A DNA stretch of 63,641 nucleotides. It comes from Alphaproteobacteria bacterium (GTDB lineage: Bacteria; Pseudomonadota; Alphaproteobacteria; Rickettsiales; VGDC01). Both the position numbers and the translations under genes were made by a program. Location of the stretch: the NCBI GenBank assembly GCA_022450665.1, contig JAKUPQ010000004.1:1-63641 (forward strand). Reading direction: 5' to 3'. How positions within the stretch are numbered: position 1 is the first letter of the stretch; the number at the start of each line of letters is the position of its first letter. Positions 59,941 through 63,641 of the stretch are shown in pieces. Under the pieces are notes generated by a model. The model saw nothing but the letters and a program-made list of their open reading frames with translations, was not told the DNA's origin and searched no databases.

Positions 59941-60798
59941 TTAGCCTCCTAGTTTTAAATCAGTAATTACAGGCACATGGTCTGAAGGTTTTTCCCAGCT
60001 GCGCATATGCGACAAATGGCGCACCCCCGCAAAAGCATCTTTTAGCGCCGGTGTCAGCCAGATATGATCCAGCCTTCTTCCACGGTTAGATTTCTCCCAA
60101 TCGCGATTACGATAGCTCCACCACGAATAAATTTTTTCCTCTGCCGAAGCATCAATACGCGCCGTATCAATCCAGTTTTGTGTATCATATACCGCTTGCA
60201 GCTTTTCGACTTCGACAGGCGTATGCGAAATAATTTTCAATAATTGTTTATGCGACCATACATCATGCTCACCGGGCGCAATATTAAAATCGCCTACCAT
60301 AATGGTTTTACTGCCATTAAAGCGTTTATCAGTAAAATAATCGCGCATGGCATCTACAAATTTTAACTTAAAAACAAATTTATCATTAGTCTCTATGTCT
60401 GGCACATCTCCCCCTGCTGGCACATAAAAGTTATGAATCTGTGTGCCATCTGGCAAGGTTGCCACCATGTGCCGGCGATCTGTATGCTCCATTCCTTGCA
60501 TAAATGCCTCTGCGCACACGTTGATCAAGGGTATACGCGAAAGAATAGCCACGCCGTTATATCCTTTTTGGCCGCTGAATGCTGTATGCACATAACCCAT
60601 TTGGTGAATAGCATCGAGAGGAAACTGCGCATCGGGCGTTTTCGTTTCCTGCACACAGATAATATCGGGATTTTCATCTTCCGCAAATTGCTTAACTGCA
60701 CCTATCCTTAAACGAATGGAATTGATATTCCATGTGGCAAGGCGTATGGTGCTTGGCATTTTAAACTTTGAAGACTTTTCGAAGGATTTAAGAGACAT
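59941..60798 (-). CDS. xth: Exodeoxyribonuclease III
   Basis: TWNINSIR, QETK, GYNGVA, GDFNIAP, RLDHI, SDHVP; the true start may be the ATG at 60759. Confidence 0.96.
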   Translation of the reverse strand: MSLKSFEKSSKFKMPSTIRLATWNINSIRLRIGAVKQFAEDENPDIICVQETKTPDAQFPLDAIHQMGYVHTAFSGQKGYNGVAILSRIPLINVCAEAFMQGMEHTDRRHMVATLPDGTQIHNFYVPAGGDVPDIETNDKFVFKLKFVDAMRDYFTDKRFNGSKTIMVGDFNIAPGEHDVWSHKQLLKIISHTPVEVEKLQAVYDTQNWIDTARIDASAEEKIYSWWSYRNRDWEKSNRGRRLDHIWLTPALKDAFAGVRHLSHMRSWEKPSDHVPVITDLKLGG

Positions 60799-60817
60799 AA
60801 TCAGTAAAATACAATAA

Positions 60818-60832
60818 TTAACGGTTTATTAA
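60818..60832. promoter_or_regulatory. CtrA-like site between xth and the LOG gene
   Basis: TTAA-CGGTTTA-TTAA. Confidence 0.5.
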
Positions 60833-60949
60833 TGCGCAATTTGCTAAGATAATAAGTTAGATTATGTTATCCAACGTAATCTCATTTCATTTGATGCACG
60901 AGAAAAATGCCGCTGCATGTAGCAGCATTAAGGACGCTGAAAGGTAATT

Positions 60950-62257
60950 ATGACAGACGATAAAAGCAATACGACAATATATAAACACAAGAATATCTGC
61001 GTATCCAGCATAACGGACACTAAACACAAACACAATAAAGTGCGCTCGCAACTGCTAGAGCTGCTTTTTTGTGAGGGTTATGACATCAATACCGATGCCG
61101 ATCACGACAAAATTTCCCTAGACCGCATTCATAGTGAAACTGTAATTCCTTCAGATGCATTTGTTTTGCTACCCATCGCACGCGGGAAAGCCGTTTCGCA
61201 AGCCGAAAAAGACCGTCGCATGAAAGAGCTGTTTAAAGCCTCATCGCTGGTAGTCGGCCTGCAAACCGACGACCCCTATATGCATATTGACCATGAAGAT
61301 CTGCTTTCTTCGACCAAACCTATTATCATTATAGATGAGATAGACAACAAAGAAGATCAGACATGGAGCGCGTTTCATGACATGCTCCATGGCTTGCACA
61401 AAGCTGGCACTGTAAAATCCCCCCCGGAAACACTGGTGACTTTTGCCAGCAATCCGCAAGAAGTAATAGACATTTTGCGCCGCCATGTTACGCGCCCGCC
61501 AAAAATTCAATCTATTTCTAACAGCGCATGCAACACGCGTAGCGCGCCTGTAGAAATTGACGAAACCGGCGACATTTCTTTGCCACAAGAGCGCCGTGTT
61601 CCTGCCAAACCAAAGCCAGAATATAATGTATGCGTATTTCTTTCCGCCTCAAGCGAGAATGAATATTTTATACAAAAGGCATATGATTTAGGCTCTTACG
61701 TCGCAAAAGAGCAATGGGGTCTGGTAAGCGGTGCAGGCAGCACATCCATGATGGGCAGCATTATCGAAGGTGCAGTATCCCTTGGGGGATGGACAGGTGG
61801 CACCACCATGAAATATATCGCTAAACACGAAGGCATTCCGCCAAACCTCGATCAATTTTGGTATAATGAAGATATTTATACCCGCATGAAAGATATGATC
61901 GAGGCCTCTGATTCCTTCGTTATTATGCCCGGTGGCATGGGTACAGTGCAGGAGCTCTTTACGTTGCTGCTGCTCAAACACGAAAAAAGCCCTATGATGG
62001 CGCGTGCAGATATCGTTATTTGCAATGAAAAAGGCTTTTGGGAGCCGCTTATTGCGCTTATAAACGCCTACGGATTTGATGACGACGTAGTGGTGGTGGA
62101 GACTACAGAAGAAGTGATTCCCGCCCTCAAACAACTTCGCGCAAAACATGGCGAGCGCACCACGGTAGACACTCCTCTGCGCAATATGGAGCATGCGGAT
62201 TCGCCTTATAATGAGTTAGAAACCGACGGGCTAGGTATTCCACTAAACCCATATTAA
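60950..62257 (+). CDS. LOG family nucleotide phosphoribohydrolase with an extra N-terminal domain
   Basis: C-terminal half VCVFLSAS, LVSGAG..SMMG, RMKDM, MPGGMGTVQELF. Confidence 0.85.
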   Translation: MTDDKSNTTIYKHKNICVSSITDTKHKHNKVRSQLLELLFCEGYDINTDADHDKISLDRIHSETVIPSDAFVLLPIARGKAVSQAEKDRRMKELFKASSLVVGLQTDDPYMHIDHEDLLSSTKPIIIIDEIDNKEDQTWSAFHDMLHGLHKAGTVKSPPETLVTFASNPQEVIDILRRHVTRPPKIQSISNSACNTRSAPVEIDETGDISLPQERRVPAKPKPEYNVCVFLSASSENEYFIQKAYDLGSYVAKEQWGLVSGAGSTSMMGSIIEGAVSLGGWTGGTTMKYIAKHEGIPPNLDQFWYNEDIYTRMKDMIEASDSFVIMPGGMGTVQELFTLLLLKHEKSPMMARADIVICNEKGFWEPLIALINAYGFDDDVVVVETTEEVIPALKQLRAKHGERTTVDTPLRNMEHADSPYNELETDGLGIPLNPY

Positions 62258-62264
62258 ATATGTA

Positions 62265-62281
62265 TGTAATATTTTTGTAAC
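62265..62281 (+). promoter_or_regulatory. Pho-box-like direct repeat
   Basis: TGTAATATTTTTGTAAC; CATACT at 62305-62310 (23-nt gap). Confidence 0.55.
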
Positions 62282-62343
62282 TTGTTGTCGAAGGCTGCAT
62301 TTTGCATACTGGTTAATAGTTAAAAAATATTCAGGTGATTTCT

Positions 62344-63258
62344 ATGTCAGATGAAGGCGAAAATACTCCATCCGAAGATAATACAGAAGACAAAACTCCG
62401 TTTGATAAAAGTAAACTGGAGGGTGATTATGCTACGGCTTATACTGATATTAACAACGCCGTAAAAATATTGAGTAATCCTTCCCACAACTCTAAAGCTG
62501 AAGGCAAAGACCCTAATGGCACAAATAAAATAAATTATAGCGTGGCGGAAGACGCATATAACTTGATTTGCACCTTAAAAAATATCGGCGGGGATGCTTG
62601 TGGGCTGAGCGAAGCTGAACAAAAAGTTATTAGCAATTTCTTTTCTCGATCTTTTAATGGCGAAGAGCAAAAAGATATTAAAGGTGCAATCGAAACTCTT
62701 TTGCCCCCCCGTGAGCAAGAATCAAACAAGAAACCCCCTACAGGCTATGCATTTTATGCTGAAAAAACAGGTGGCACAAATGGTGAACAGCTTCATGTAC
62801 GCTTGAAAAGCGATATTGAAGTTCTTTATAAACCAGAAGTACTTGGCGCAAGATTACTCGAAGCTCAGGAAAAAGATCCAAAAATAATTGCAAAGCGTGC
62901 AGAGACTACGCCAAATAGTTCTGCAACGCCCGAACCTTCTACAACCGAAGAAACGCAGACACCTGATAATACTCCATCTTCCGGTGAGGAAGCGCATAAA
63001 TCATCCCCAGACACTGGACCCCGCCGCAACACTACCCAGACCACAGCCGTCATTGCCGGAACCATGGCCGGAGTGGGCGCGGGCATCGAAGCTGCGAGAA
63101 ACTGGAAAGATCGTGCAAAGAATCCCGAATCGCGCAAGAAAGCTATGGCATTTGCTGGTGCTGCCGCCGTAGCACTAGGCGCCGTTGCGGTTTCAGTTGC
63201 TATGACACGTGGCAATCCTTTAGCATCCGCGCTCAACACCAACCAGACAGCCCGCTGA
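62344..63258 (+). CDS. Orphan protein with a low-complexity linker and two C-terminal Gly/Ala-rich hydrophobic segments
   Basis: About 304 aa; acidic N-terminus, P/T/S/E-rich linker, AVIAGTMAGVGAG and AMAFAGAAAVALGAVAVSVAM segments. Confidence 0.75.
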   Translation: MSDEGENTPSEDNTEDKTPFDKSKLEGDYATAYTDINNAVKILSNPSHNSKAEGKDPNGTNKINYSVAEDAYNLICTLKNIGGDACGLSEAEQKVISNFFSRSFNGEEQKDIKGAIETLLPPREQESNKKPPTGYAFYAEKTGGTNGEQLHVRLKSDIEVLYKPEVLGARLLEAQEKDPKIIAKRAETTPNSSATPEPSTTEETQTPDNTPSSGEEAHKSSPDTGPRRNTTQTTAVIAGTMAGVGAGIEAARNWKDRAKNPESRKKAMAFAGAAAVALGAVAVSVAMTRGNPLASALNTNQTAR

Positions 63259-63274
63259 TTATTCCTCACCATTG

Positions 63275-63525
63275 CTTAACAAAACTTTCATAGAACTTCC
63301 TCATTATTCAGGCTATAAAAACCTGTTTTATCTATTGAGAGGAGGTTTTTTGTTTGTAGTTTGTTGTGGTTTCCACACAGATGCAAACACGCACCACCCC
63401 CCAGCAGTAAGGTATCCCCGTCGATGAAACCCTCATCAGGATACCGCACCAATCAGCCATAACATCCGTTATGGTTGTTAGCGTTAAGCTCTGGCTTTGC
63501 CAACTTAACCGATGTCAGGAGAATC
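63275..63525 (+). promoter_or_regulatory. Promoter motif and multi-hairpin leader before a GC-rich ORF
   Basis: CTTAACAAAACTTTCAT (63275-63291), TATAAA (63314-63319), hairpins at 63351-63389, 63411-63445, 63454-63477 and 63483-63509, AGGAGA RBS. Confidence 0.6.
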
Positions 63526-63641
63526 ATGAAGCGCACGTTCATCACGGCCTTCACGGTCATCGTGCCCGCACTCGCTCTGCTGCTCGGCCTCGCCGCGCCG
63601 GCGAACGCCCACAGCTCCACCCCGGTCATGACCACGGCCAG
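63526..63641 (+). CDS. Truncated start of a secreted protein with GC-rich codon usage
   Basis: MKRTFITAFTVIVPALALLLGLAAPANA-HSSTPVMTTA...: Sec signal with an ANA cleavage site; 36/38 codons end in G/C. Confidence 0.8.
   Translation, partial: MKRTFITAFTVIVPALALLLGLAAPANAHSSTPVMTTA

Noticed and set aside
60865..60890. Additional direct-repeat regulon site before the LOG gene
   Set aside because: The half-sites GTTAT, GTAAT and TTCAT have a 10-bp rather than 11-bp period.
63351..63525. Known riboswitch (c-di-GMP, SAM, TPP, cobalamin)
   Set aside because: Structured, but I could not find the conserved cores of these classes by eye; an Rfam search is needed.

Overview
Chromosomal window of an alphaproteobacterium. 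The gene content and the many orphan genes suggest a Rickettsiales-like, probably early-branching lineage; this is an inference. The backbone is housekeeping: tRNA-Lys(UUU), tgt-queA-cyclophilin, bfr-bfd, coaD, gyrA, argG, a DASS transporter, malonyl-CoA decarboxylase, nnr, slt, a 10-gene Mrp/Mnh operon, gltA, dusB-ntrB-ntrC-ntrY-ntrX-trkA, ispDF-pgpA-cinA, glmU, rmuC, ffs-dnaX-ybaB-recR, ftsK-GNAT-lolA, yajQ, two M23 peptidases, xth and a LOG protein. Three things stand out. (1) At 13.16-14.05 kb there are two tandem minus-strand expression cassettes. They share a promoter layout, a homologous leader/RBS and a 65-bp UUCG-capped 3' hairpin (64/65 identical, exactly 400 bp apart), but carry unrelated small ORFs with strongly G/C-ending codons (48/50 and 64/85). 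A third such ORF (36/38) behind a multi-hairpin leader starts at the right edge. (2) A Pho-box-like direct repeat with 11-bp period sits either 10 or 21-23 nt upstream of a -10 hexamer in front of 11 mostly orphan genes, including all three GC3-rich ORFs. (3) Several of those orphans end in effector-like C-terminal tails, and one unannotated 38-aa peptide is little more than such a tail. Together these hint at a co-regulated host- or prey-interaction programme. All functional interpretation is inference from manual reading; no searches were run.
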